In this document: piece after piece, positions 17,774-26,704 of the stretch
How the letters are laid out: every line of letters starts with the position of its first letter
Numbering within the stretch: position 1 is the stretch's first letter
Assembly (NCBI GenBank): GCA_963797095.1
Contig: CAWCNY010000006.1
Span: forward strand, 896,001 to 960,000
Direction: 5' to 3'
Origin: an uncultured Chloroflexia bacterium
GTDB lineage: Bacteria > Chloroflexota > Chloroflexia > QHBQ01 > JADMIH01
Length of the DNA stretch: 64,000 nt
Notes under the pieces: model-generated
Databases searched by the model: none
Seen by the model: the letters and a program-made list of their open reading frames with translations, nothing else
What the model was told of the DNA's origin: nothing
Program-made: the position numbers and the translations under genes

Positions 17774-18844
17774 CTAACCTATGCCTAGCAGGGTTATTAG
17801 GGTGATGGCGGCCAGCAGAAGTGCTATCAGGGAGCCTGTTACTGCCAGAGCTACGGGCCTGCCCACCTTACCTACCGCACGTATGTCAACGCCGAGGCCG
17901 AGGGCTGCCATTGCTGCTATGGTGAGCCACCGGGAAGCCTCGCGCATTGGGTCGGCGATTTCGACCGGGAGAAGGCTGAGGGAGCGAAGGATCGCCAGCA
18001 GTATGAAGCCTATTATGAACCAGGGCACCAGCTTGTTTACTGAGCCTATCGATAGCTTGCCTGCCGCTTCGCCCTGTTGAGAACGGGTGCGCAGGGCGAA
18101 GAAGAGGACCACCGGGCCGAGCATTAGCACGCGCACAAGCTTGACGAGGGTGCCTATCTGGCCGCTCAGGGTGCTGACCGGGAAGGTGGCCGCGAGAACC
18201 TGCGGCACCGCGTAGACCGTCATGCCTGCGAGGACGCCGTACCGGTAGAGCGTGAAGTGGAGCAAAGGGATAAGGAGCGGCAGGCAGAGCACCAGCACCA
18301 CGCCGATCACAGCGGTGAGGGCAATTGATGATGCTATGTCTTCGGCGGTCGCGCCTATAACAGGGGCTACGGCGGCTATGGCGGAGTTTCCGCAGATGGA
18401 GTTGCCACAGGCCACCAGGGTTGCCAGCCTGGAGTTGAGGCCGAGCATGCGGCCTATGGTGCTGCTGACGAGCAATCCGATCATGACTACGAGCACGATC
18501 GACGCTATCAGGGCTGGACCTGCCTGCAAAAGCACCGGGAGGCTGACGGACGCGCCGAGGAGCACAATTGCCAGCTCTAGTACCTCCCTGGCCGTTAGCG
18601 CGATACCTGGCGTCCACCGGGCGGTGGGCTTCCAGAGAGTGCGCACAAGCATACCGAGGAGGATAGCCACCACCAGGGCTTCTATCACAGCCTGTCCGAT
18701 TGTCTGCTCTTCGAGCAGTTGGACGCCGAAGCCTGCCAGACCTAGGAAGGCAGATAGGGCAAGGCCTGGACCGTACCGGGTTATGGCTGCGATGGCGGGG
18801 CTGTTTGTCTTACTTCCGTTGCCTGATGTGTTGAGGGCGATCAC
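17774..18844 (-). CDS. YeiH/PSE family membrane protein
   Basis: LVACGNSICGNSAIAAVAPVI, YAVPQVLAA, VKLVRVLML, PWFIIGF. Confidence 0.9.
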   Translation of the reverse strand: MIALNTSGNGSKTNSPAIAAITRYGPGLALSAFLGLAGFGVQLLEEQTIGQAVIEALVVAILLGMLVRTLWKPTARWTPGIALTAREVLELAIVLLGASVSLPVLLQAGPALIASIVLVVMIGLLVSSTIGRMLGLNSRLATLVACGNSICGNSAIAAVAPVIGATAEDIASSIALTAVIGVVLVLCLPLLIPLLHFTLYRYGVLAGMTVYAVPQVLAATFPVSTLSGQIGTLVKLVRVLMLGPVVLFFALRTRSQQGEAAGKLSIGSVNKLVPWFIIGFILLAILRSLSLLPVEIADPMREASRWLTIAAMAALGLGVDIRAVGKVGRPVALAVTGSLIALLLAAITLITLLGIG

Positions 18845-19528
18845 TCAGGCTCCTTGTTGCGCCTGGTGTTGGCGCACCAGGGTTTCGAGGGTGTCAAGTG
18901 AGACATCTTCGAGGCTATTGACTATCAAGTCGGCCCCGGCTTCCTGAAGGGTTTCGCGGGTCTGGGTGTTGGTGACGGCCAGGCAGGCAGCGCCTGCCCG
19001 TTTGGCGGCCAGCACCCCGGCGGGCGCGTCTTCTATCACCACACCATCGCGTGGGTCTACGCCCAGGCGCTCGAATGCTATCAGGAATACGCGAGGGTCG
19101 GGTTTGCCAACCGTTACGTCGTCGCCTGAGGAGATGGCGTCCATGAGGCCGGTTAGCCCTGTCGCCAGCAGCAAGACGCGCAGATTTTCCATAGGGGCGG
19201 ACGAGCCAATGGCCTGCTTCCAGCCCGCGCTTTTGAGGGCCTTGACCAGGGCAATGACGCCGGGTAGAGGGCGTAAGTTTATTGCCTCGCGCCTGAAGGA
19301 GCCTTCTTTGCTGTCGGCCATTCGCTGGACGGTATTGGGGTCTGTTATGCCCCAGAGGCCGCTTATGATGTCGTTGTTGTGGCGGCCAAACATGGCTTTG
19401 AAGTCTTTGTCGGGGTCGTAGGGCAGGCCGAATTCGCGGGCCATATCGACCCAGGAGGCATTGTGCGCCTCGGCACTGTTTACGATCACGCCGTCCATGT
19501 CCCACACTACAGCTCTATTTTGAGTCAT
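18845..19528 (-). CDS. HAD family phosphatase (beta-phosphoglucomutase-like)
   Basis: WDMDGVIVNS, GKPDP, VIEDAPAGVLAAKRAG. Confidence 0.9.
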   Translation of the reverse strand: MTQNRAVVWDMDGVIVNSAEAHNASWVDMAREFGLPYDPDKDFKAMFGRHNNDIISGLWGITDPNTVQRMADSKEGSFRREAINLRPLPGVIALVKALKSAGWKQAIGSSAPMENLRVLLLATGLTGLMDAISSGDDVTVGKPDPRVFLIAFERLGVDPRDGVVIEDAPAGVLAAKRAGAACLAVTNTQTRETLQEAGADLIVNSLEDVSLDTLETLVRQHQAQQGA

Positions 19529-19580
19529 TGTTTATTGTCTTCCTTGTGCTTATTGGTTATGGGGCGTGTTTGTGGCCCGC

Positions 19581-19606
19581 TAGGGCGAGGCATGCCTCGC
19601 CCCTAC
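19581..19606 (-). repeat. GTAG-type REP palindrome
   Basis: Minus strand reads GTAGGGGCGAGGCATGCCTCGCCCTA: a GTAG tag followed by a palindrome. Intergenic. Confidence 0.7.
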
Positions 19607-19628
19607 AGAGGTTTGCTTTATATCCTGC

Positions 19629-21569
19629 TCATTTATGGTTGTATAGCTGCCTGCCGAGCAAGCCCAGCAGCACATCGTAGGGCGGTTGGTTTTCAGGGTG
19701 GTACTCGAAGCGGGCGCGCTCGAACCACTGCACTATGTAGGTTTTGCCGTCGGCGGCCTGCTCCTCGTACTGATCGGAGATGGGGAGGCCGACCACGGGG
19801 ATGCCTAGCTCGCGCCAACGGTCGAGGAACTTGCCCCAGACGCAGTGGCCCGTTTCTTTGGAGCAGACGCTTTCGAGGCCCGCTGGGGGCGCGACCTGCG
19901 GGAACTGCCTGCCCGCTACCGATTGAGTGCCAAGAAGGCCCAGCAGCACTTCGGCGTCGGTGCCCGCGTATTCGGGGTGGTACTCGAAGCGGGCGCGCTC
20001 GAACCACTGCACTATGTAGGTCTTGCCGTCGGTGGGGCTTGTCTCAAGCAGTTCGGGGCTGATGGCGTAGCCGAAGAGGGGGAGGCCGCCTTTGCTCTGC
20101 CAGAAATCCAGGAAGCGGGCCGAGGGTTTGAAACCGGTTGGAGAATTGCCATCGGCGGCAGGGTCAAGCTCCTGGCTGGCGCGCCCGTCGGGCTGCTTGA
20201 TCTCGTCGATGAAGACCGGGTCTTCGCTGATGGTGATGCGCACCTTGCCGTCCACTATGTCGGGCTTCTGGTGGCTGCCATCTTTTCGGACAATGTCTAT
20301 GTTGGCGCTGGCGACCGGCACATCAACCGTTTCGGGGTCGCCTATCTTCCAGAGGACATCGACCGTGGTGCCGCCCCTGGTGAACTCGTAGTGGTAGCGG
20401 TCGTATTGCTCCTGCCACCTGTTGGGGACGGAGCGGGTGAGGGGGCCCAGCCCCGCGAAAGTCGCGCCAGCAAGCTGGCCCGTAAGGACCCTGTAGGCCA
20501 CGAAAGCGGGCTTTTCGCTGAGGTCGTTGCGGAGGATGCCCATGTTACCCCATAGATCGTCAGGCCCGGCGTTGAATTTGTCCTTCATCTGGAAGTAGGA
20601 GAAGTGGGTGACGTTCTTCGCGCCCATGGCGATCACATAGAGCCTGATCAAGCGCCTTGCTTGCTCGTCCTCGCTTACTCCGAGGCTGCCGCAGTCGCAT
20701 GTGGAGTAGCCGTCCTCGGTGATCCATATCTCTTTGCCGGCAGCGCCGTGGGCCTCAAGCCATTTGTAAGACATATCGAGGCGGTAGGGGAAATTCTGGA
20801 CTACAGTGTTGGGGTCGGTGCTTTCGGGTGGCCTGTCGGGCATGTAGGGGTGGATGGAGAGGACATCGAAGGGCAGCCTACCGTCGAGGTGGGAGACCAC
20901 CGCATCGAGGAAGGCCATCCCGCCGTTATTGTAGTCGTGGATGGAGAGGCCGCCGATCAGGACGGTGGCGTTGGGGTCGGCGCGCTTTATGGCGTTGTAG
21001 CCGGCATCGAGCATCTGGGCGTAGCGTTCGGCGCGGTCGCAATCGCACTTGAAGGTGATCTCGACATCAGGCTCGTTCCATAGCTCCCAGGCTTCGACTT
21101 TGCCAGCGTAGTGGAGAGCCATCTGGTAGGCGAAGTCGGCGTAATCCTGGGGGTTGTTGGGGGCGTGCCAGTACCAGTCGGCGTCCGAGCGGTTGGCCCC
21201 GGAAGCCCAGGCGGGTGTGGTTTCGAGCACGCCGATGACCTTGATGTTGCGCCTGGCTAGCTCGTTGATCCAGTAGTCGTACGCATCCCAGTTGTAGTTG
21301 CCCTTGGAAAGCTCGATGTTTGCCCACGAAAGCTCCTCGCGTGAAACGGCGACGCCCAGGTATTGGGCCGAGTTGAGTAGGGAGAGCTTTTCTCCTTTGG
21401 GCCGCTCAAGGGCGCTGATGTAGAGGTTCATGCCGAAGAAGGAGATGCCGGACAACGGCCATGCCCCGGCCACCTGCTGGGTGCTTGAGATGTTATAGAT
21501 TGGTGTGATCGATAACAGGCAGGCCAACGTTACCAGGCAGGCCGTTGCCTTCTGTAAGCTGCGCTTCAT
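19629..21569 (-). CDS. Secreted clan GH-A glycoside hydrolase (GH39/GH5-like) with two C-terminal surface repeats
   Basis: Signal peptide, WELWNEPD acid/base motif, IWITEDG nucleophile motif, two copies of DGKTYIVQWFERARFEYHPE. Confidence 0.85.
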   Translation of the reverse strand: MKRSLQKATACLVTLACLLSITPIYNISSTQQVAGAWPLSGISFFGMNLYISALERPKGEKLSLLNSAQYLGVAVSREELSWANIELSKGNYNWDAYDYWINELARRNIKVIGVLETTPAWASGANRSDADWYWHAPNNPQDYADFAYQMALHYAGKVEAWELWNEPDVEITFKCDCDRAERYAQMLDAGYNAIKRADPNATVLIGGLSIHDYNNGGMAFLDAVVSHLDGRLPFDVLSIHPYMPDRPPESTDPNTVVQNFPYRLDMSYKWLEAHGAAGKEIWITEDGYSTCDCGSLGVSEDEQARRLIRLYVIAMGAKNVTHFSYFQMKDKFNAGPDDLWGNMGILRNDLSEKPAFVAYRVLTGQLAGATFAGLGPLTRSVPNRWQEQYDRYHYEFTRGGTTVDVLWKIGDPETVDVPVASANIDIVRKDGSHQKPDIVDGKVRITISEDPVFIDEIKQPDGRASQELDPAADGNSPTGFKPSARFLDFWQSKGGLPLFGYAISPELLETSPTDGKTYIVQWFERARFEYHPEYAGTDAEVLLGLLGTQSVAGRQFPQVAPPAGLESVCSKETGHCVWGKFLDRWRELGIPVVGLPISDQYEEQAADGKTYIVQWFERARFEYHPENQPPYDVLLGLLGRQLYNHK

Positions 21570-21664
21570 CGGTAGATTTTTCTTTCCAGGGGAACCCACC
21601 CGCTCAATATGGAGTCAAGAGAGTATACCCAGCGTTTGGAATTGGAGTCAAAGTGACCGTCGGT

Positions 21665-21744
21665 CTATAGTTGCCCTCACATACTAAATGGCATTGGGGG
21701 GACAAAACTGGACAGGTTTTGGGGTGTACTTTCGGGTGGTTTTT
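21665..21744 (+). repeat. 80-bp dispersed repeat, copy A
   Basis: 65/80 identical, ungapped, to the reverse complement of 57966-58045 (manual alignment). Confidence 0.85.
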
Positions 21745-21772
21745 ATGGTTTGAAGTCTACGTCGGAAGACGG

Positions 21773-21801
21773 TTGACAGGTTGGGCGTTGAGTGCTACAT
21801 T
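21773..21801 (+). promoter_or_regulatory. Near-consensus sigma70 promoter
   Basis: TTGACA (21773-21778)-17 bp-TACATT (21796-21801) with extended TG. Confidence 0.75.
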
Positions 21802-21849
21802 AATTGCACGGCGACCCTGGCCGAATCTGAAGAAAGGGGGCATTGGCAC

Positions 21850-21945
21850 GTGGGCGATAAAAGTCCAAAAAACCAGGACAAAAAGCGCGCGCAGAAGACC
21901 AAACAGGTTGCCAAGGAGAAGAAAACAACTACTACCGCTAAATAA
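21850..21945 (+). CDS. 31-aa Lys-rich small protein (MGDKSPKNQDKKRAQKTKQVAKEKKTTTTAK)
   Basis: GTG start after an AAAGGGGG RBS, TAA stop, own promoter and terminator. Below the ORF-track cutoff. Confidence 0.7.
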   Translation: MGDKSPKNQDKKRAQKTKQVAKEKKTTTTAK

Positions 21946-21974
21946 CTTATGCTTATCTGCACGCACAAGTTCCG

Positions 21975-22040
21975 GAGACCGGACGGCCTCTGCTCCTGTG
22001 ACATTTAGCTCAGGGGCGGTGCCGTCCGTCTCGTTTTATT
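21975..22040 (+). terminator. Intrinsic terminator-like long hairpin
   Basis: GAGAC-CGGACGGC...GCCGTCCG-TCTC followed by GTTTTATT. Confidence 0.65.
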
Positions 22041-22155
22041 GTATGAGTGCTTTCCTTTACGTTTAGAATTAGATTGCACAACTGCTAACACGTATCTAAA
22101 ATTCTGGCTGTTTCACATATGAGATATGGAGTGTGGACACTGATCAGCCGGACAC

Positions 22156-23451
22156 TTACCGAGGGTTTAGTTGCTGGCGGAGGAATTCTTCTTCGGCTGC
22201 GCGGTTGGGGAGTTTGCCGTCTAGCTTGGCGTCGAGGAGGGCTTCCAGTATGGGCCTGTAGGCTGGGCCTGGGGATAGGCCGAGCATGCGCAGGTAGTTG
22301 CCGTCGAGTTCGGGCTTGATGTGGCGCAGGTTGTCGAGATAGTTGCTCAGGTGCGCCGTGGCTTCGGTGCTGGCGGTAAGTGGTTGTATGTGGCGGAATG
22401 CTTCCAGGGCTGCCGGGTCTATGTCGTGCAGCAGCCTGTAGGTGGCCGACGGGGGTTGGTCTTCTTCATCGAGCTGTTGCCAAAGCGCCGCGACCTGGGC
22501 GGAGTCTCGCATGAGTTTGACCAGCGGGGACGGGAGATTTAGCCACCTGCCAAGTGCTTCGGCTTCGGCGGGAGCGTTTGCGCACTCGGCCGCGATCACG
22601 GCCAGGGCAGTGTCGCGGCGCTGCTCTTTGGGCAGATGTTCGGCGTCGTGGATTATTGTCCTATCGGGTGGGTAGGGCCATCCGAAGTTGGGGTGGACGT
22701 TGGTCAGGACGCCAAGCTTGTCGAGGTCGGCCAGTATTTGCTCGGCTTTGGGTTCTTCGAGGATCAGCAGTAGCTCGCGAGTGATCCTGTCGATTGAGAC
22801 GGTGGACAGCACGCCATCCCTGACGGCCTGGAGGACAAACTCAAGGGTGTGTGGTTCGATGCGCCAGCCCAGGCGGCGGGCCAGCTTGACGGCGCGGAAG
22901 ATGCGCGTGGGGTCGTCCACGAAGCTTTGGTCGTGCAGGACGCGTATCAGACCTGCGAGCAGGTCATCGAGGCCGTTGTGGGGGTCGTAAAGAGGACCGA
23001 ATGTGCCCGAAAGGATAGGGATGGCCATGGCGTTAGCAGTGAAATCGCGGCGGGCCATATCGTCGGCGATTGTGCCGCGCTGGACTGTGGGGAGAGCGCC
23101 GGGGTGCTCGTATCGCTCGTGGCGGGCGGTCACGAGATCCATGTCGAAGATGACGTTGTCGAAGGTGAGCACTGCTGTGCCGAAGTCGGGGTGCACTTCG
23201 AGCTGCGCGCCCGTTTCGTGTGCGAGGGTGCGGGCCAGAGTGGGGGCATCGCCCACTACCGCAACGTCTATGTCATAGTCGGGGATCTTGAGGAGACAAT
23301 CGCGCACGTAGCCGCCTACGAGATAGAGATCCCAGCCGTGATTGGTGGCAAGGTCGGCTGCGCGCATGAGCAAGGAGAGCGCCTCCTGAGGCATTACCTG
23401 CGGGATGCGCGTGGCGATGTAGGCGTTTATGTCTTGGGGGAGGTTGTTCAC
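22156..23451 (-). CDS. Class II tRNA nucleotidyltransferase (CCA/A-adding family)
   Basis: YLVGGYVRD...DYDIDV, TARHERY, RRDFTANAMA, SFVDDPTRIFR. Confidence 0.88.
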   Translation of the reverse strand: MNNLPQDINAYIATRIPQVMPQEALSLLMRAADLATNHGWDLYLVGGYVRDCLLKIPDYDIDVAVVGDAPTLARTLAHETGAQLEVHPDFGTAVLTFDNVIFDMDLVTARHERYEHPGALPTVQRGTIADDMARRDFTANAMAIPILSGTFGPLYDPHNGLDDLLAGLIRVLHDQSFVDDPTRIFRAVKLARRLGWRIEPHTLEFVLQAVRDGVLSTVSIDRITRELLLILEEPKAEQILADLDKLGVLTNVHPNFGWPYPPDRTIIHDAEHLPKEQRRDTALAVIAAECANAPAEAEALGRWLNLPSPLVKLMRDSAQVAALWQQLDEEDQPPSATYRLLHDIDPAALEAFRHIQPLTASTEATAHLSNYLDNLRHIKPELDGNYLRMLGLSPGPAYRPILEALLDAKLDGKLPNRAAEEEFLRQQLNPR

Positions 23452-23478
23452 GCTACGGCTTGTGTGCCCCGCTGCCTA

Positions 23479-23588
23479 TGTCAGCCTGAGCGAATTGAGA
23501 ACCCAGATCCTTGGCTATATGCATGAGCCTGGTTCGCTCCAAAGTGTGATCTTGGAGAGCGAGATCCTTCGCTTCGCTCAGGATGACA
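23479..23588. repeat. REP-like inverted element (TGTCA..CTGAGCGAA family)
   Basis: TGTCAGCCTGAGCGAA (23479-23494) pairs with TTCGCTCAGGATGACA (23573-23588). The right arm is extended by GAGATCCTTCGC. Confidence 0.7.
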
Positions 23589-23640
23589 AGGACCTGGAGA
23601 TGGGGCTTCTGGGCTGGTGGTTGTTTCCGTGGGTCGTAAC

Positions 23641-24819
23641 TCAGGTGCCGGTGATTTCGTGCAGGGCCCGGATCACTATCTCGTTCTCTTCTATGCTGTT
23701 GTAGAAGTAGGGGGAGATGCGGACCGTGCCGGGGCGGTAGTCTACGATGATATGGCGGTTGGCAAGCTCGCTTACTATGGGGCCGGGGTCATCGAATTCG
23801 AGCATGACGATGGCGGTGCGGTCTTCCTTGTTGGCGGGACCTCTTACTTTGTACCCTGCCTCGTGGGCGCGGTTGATCAGGTCTTCGGTGAGAGCGCTGT
23901 CGCGCTCACGTATTTTCTGGACGGTTATTTCTTCAATATAGGAGAGACCGCCTAGAGCAGCGTAGACGGAGGCCATACTGGGAGTGCCCATCTCGAAGCG
24001 CTGCGCGCCCTCGCGCCACTGTAGTGAGCCTATATCGAAGCTGAACATGTTGGACATGCCGAACCATCCGGCGAGGGACGGCTCAAGGTCTTTGTGGCGT
24101 TCGTGGACATAGAGGAAGGTGATGCCGGAGCCACCCATGAGCCATTTGAGGCTGCCCGATGTGTAGAAGTCGCAGTCCCAGTCTATGACATCGGTGGGGA
24201 CGTGGCCTGTGCCGTGGTAGGCATCGACCAGGAGGAGAGCGCCTTTGCGATGGGCGATCTCGGCAAGCTGCTTGATCTGCTGGATGGCGCCGCTGGTGAA
24301 GTAGACGTGCGAGGTGAGCACCAGGGCCGTATCGTCATCGATAGCTTCCTCGAACATTTCGAGCGGGACGGTGACCTTGTCTGGGCTGCGGAGGAACTCG
24401 ACCTCGATGCCGTCGCGGCGCTTGGCGAGGAGGCTATGGCCCACCGTAGGGAAGTCGAGGTCGGTGGCGATGATCTTCTTGCGCTTGCTGAGATCGAGGG
24501 CGCTCAACACGCTTGCCACGGTGGCGGAGATGGAAGGGCCGAGGGCTATGCGGTCTTCGGGAGCGCCCACGACGCGGCCATAGGCGGCGCGTAATTCGGC
24601 GCACTTGCCCAGCCACAGCCTGTACCAGGCGGATGCTCCCATCTCAGCCCACAGGCTCAGATACTCGTGCACGTTGGCGATGGCGCGCGTGCTGAGCGCG
24701 CCGAGCGAGCACGTGTTGAGGAATGTCTTATTGACCACGATGGGGAAATCGTCGCGGAGAGTGAGCAGATCGCGGTGGGGGTCGCTGCCTGTGCCTGTTG
24801 AGTGGGTTGTGGTTTGCAT
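23641..24819 (-). CDS. Class V PLP aminotransferase (kynureninase/cysteine-desulfurase-like)
   Basis: FLNTCSLG, LLVDAYH, GSLKWLMGG (PLP Lys), FEMGTP, RISPYFYN. ATG 24819 with GGAG RBS. Confidence 0.85.
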   Translation of the reverse strand: MQTTTHSTGTGSDPHRDLLTLRDDFPIVVNKTFLNTCSLGALSTRAIANVHEYLSLWAEMGASAWYRLWLGKCAELRAAYGRVVGAPEDRIALGPSISATVASVLSALDLSKRKKIIATDLDFPTVGHSLLAKRRDGIEVEFLRSPDKVTVPLEMFEEAIDDDTALVLTSHVYFTSGAIQQIKQLAEIAHRKGALLLVDAYHGTGHVPTDVIDWDCDFYTSGSLKWLMGGSGITFLYVHERHKDLEPSLAGWFGMSNMFSFDIGSLQWREGAQRFEMGTPSMASVYAALGGLSYIEEITVQKIRERDSALTEDLINRAHEAGYKVRGPANKEDRTAIVMLEFDDPGPIVSELANRHIIVDYRPGTVRISPYFYNSIEENEIVIRALHEITGT

Positions 24820-24970
24820 AGAGGTATCTCCTTCGATATCTATGCCGTATGATAACTGACTCCATGCGTCAATGCAATCAATTGGGTTCGATGTTCGATT
24901 GACAACGCGTTTCGGGCAGGCATATACTGAACTAGCGACCGTACCAATTAATGGGAGGCTGTTAAACGCC

Positions 24971-26696
24971 ATGTTCCAGACCGCGCGGCTTCAACGCCGC
25001 TTCAACCTGCCTTATGTTGTATTGTTCGTGCTTTCGACGGTGCTATCGTCTCTCGCGCTTGGTGCGTGCGACAACTCGAACAGCACGCCCACCAAGCCCG
25101 ATAACGCTATTGAGATCAGCTTTGCTTATTCGTCGGAGAAGCAGCCGTGGATCGATCCTCTGGCCGCCAAGTTCAACGGCGAGCGACATAAACTGCCTGG
25201 GAGCGACCGTCCCATTTACATAAACGCGTTTGTGGCAGACAGCGGCACTGAAGAGCAGGCAATCGCGCGTGGCACAGATCACCCGGTCGTCTATTCTCCT
25301 TCCAACTCGCTCTGGAAGTCGGTGCTCAACTTCGAGGCGGATTCGGAGCTTGGCGGATCGGGGCCGGGCGATGCCGATCCGCTGCTCCTTAACCCGGTGG
25401 TGCTCGCTATGTGGAAGCCGATGGCGGAGGCGCTGGGTTGGCCCAGCAAGCCGATCGGTTTGCGCGACATCCTGGCGCTGAACGAGAACCCCGAAGGGTG
25501 GGGCGCTGTGGGCCACCCTGAGTGGGGGCCGTTTAAGTACGCGCACACCAACCCTGACGTGTCGTCAACGGGACTGTCGACCGTGGCCGCCGAGTTCTAC
25601 GCGGGCGCGGGCAAGACGAGCGGCCTCACCGAAGACGATGTTAATAACGAGGATGTGCGCCAGTTCGTGCAGGCAATCGAGAGCAGCATCGTTCACTACA
25701 GCGCCACCACCACTATCTTCAAGGAGAACGTGCGTACCGGAGGCATGAGTTACATATCGGCGGTGGCCCTGGAAGAGCAGACGGTAATAGAGCTTAATAA
25801 GACGGGCACCATGCCGACACCGCTTGTGGGGATCTATCCTAAGGAGGGGACGTTCTGGCACGACAACCCTTACATCATACTCAAGGGTTCGTGGGTGACG
25901 GACGAGATGAGGCAGGCCGCAGGCATGTTCCGCGACTATCTGCTTCAGCCTGAGAACCAGCAGCAGGCCCTTGCCCTGGGGTTCAGGCCCGCCAACCCGA
26001 CAGTTTCCTATCGAACGGAGCCGTTTACGCTCAACAACGGCGTGGACCCCGATCAGCCCAAGACGACATTGCAGGTGCCTTCGCCCCGCGTGCTGGTGGC
26101 GGTGAAGGATGCGTGGGGAATCCTGCGCAAAGAGGCGAACATTATGCTTGTGCTGGACGTGTCGCCTTCGATGGACGACCAGGACAAGCTGCAAAACGCC
26201 CTGGATGGGCTGAGCCTGTTCCTTGACCAAACGCGGGATGTTGATCGCGTGGGGTTTGTGGCGTTCGACAGGGATGCCCACCTGCTGGTGCCGATCGATA
26301 CGCTATCCAAGAACTCGCTCTAGGATCATGTCGTACATAAACAACCCGGATAGGCTGCCGCGCAGCAATTCGACCGCTATTTACAATGGTGTGGCGAAGG
26401 CACTTGACGAATTGGACAGGTTGAACGACAAAGAGCACATAAACGCAATCGTACTGCTGACCGATGGGCAGGACAACTCAAGCTCAAGCGCGAACAAGAG
26501 GCAGGTGCCCACCCGCCTGCGGAAAGACCGCGACCAGTTGTGGGCTGTGAAGCTATTCCCTATAGCCTATGGCAGCGGCGACGCGGTGGATACCGATGTA
26601 TTGACCAATTTTGCCAGCATCACGCAGACCCGCCTGGTATCGGGGGACACGAGTGATATCAGGAAGATATACGACGAGATGAGCAACTACTTCTAG
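24971..26696 (+). pseudogene. Solute-binding lipoprotein with C-terminal VWA domain, interrupted by a +1 frameshift near 26315
   Basis: Lipobox LGAC, YSSEK, HTNPDVSSTG, VWA MIDAS LDVSPSM. Frame 2 stops at 26323 while the VWA remainder (TAIYNG, IVLLTDGQD, PIAYG) continues in frame 3. Confidence 0.8.
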
Positions 26697-26704
26697 GTGG
26701 GTCT

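Noticed and set aside
19379-21083. Several long plus-strand ORFs (227, 236 and 159 aa)
   Set aside because: Antisense shadows of the glycoside hydrolase. The apparent protein repeat just mirrors the DNA repeat.
22063-22125. AGAATTAGAT...ATCTAAAATTCT resembling MITE ends
   Set aside because: Match is short and AT-rich, and the central hairpin is absent.
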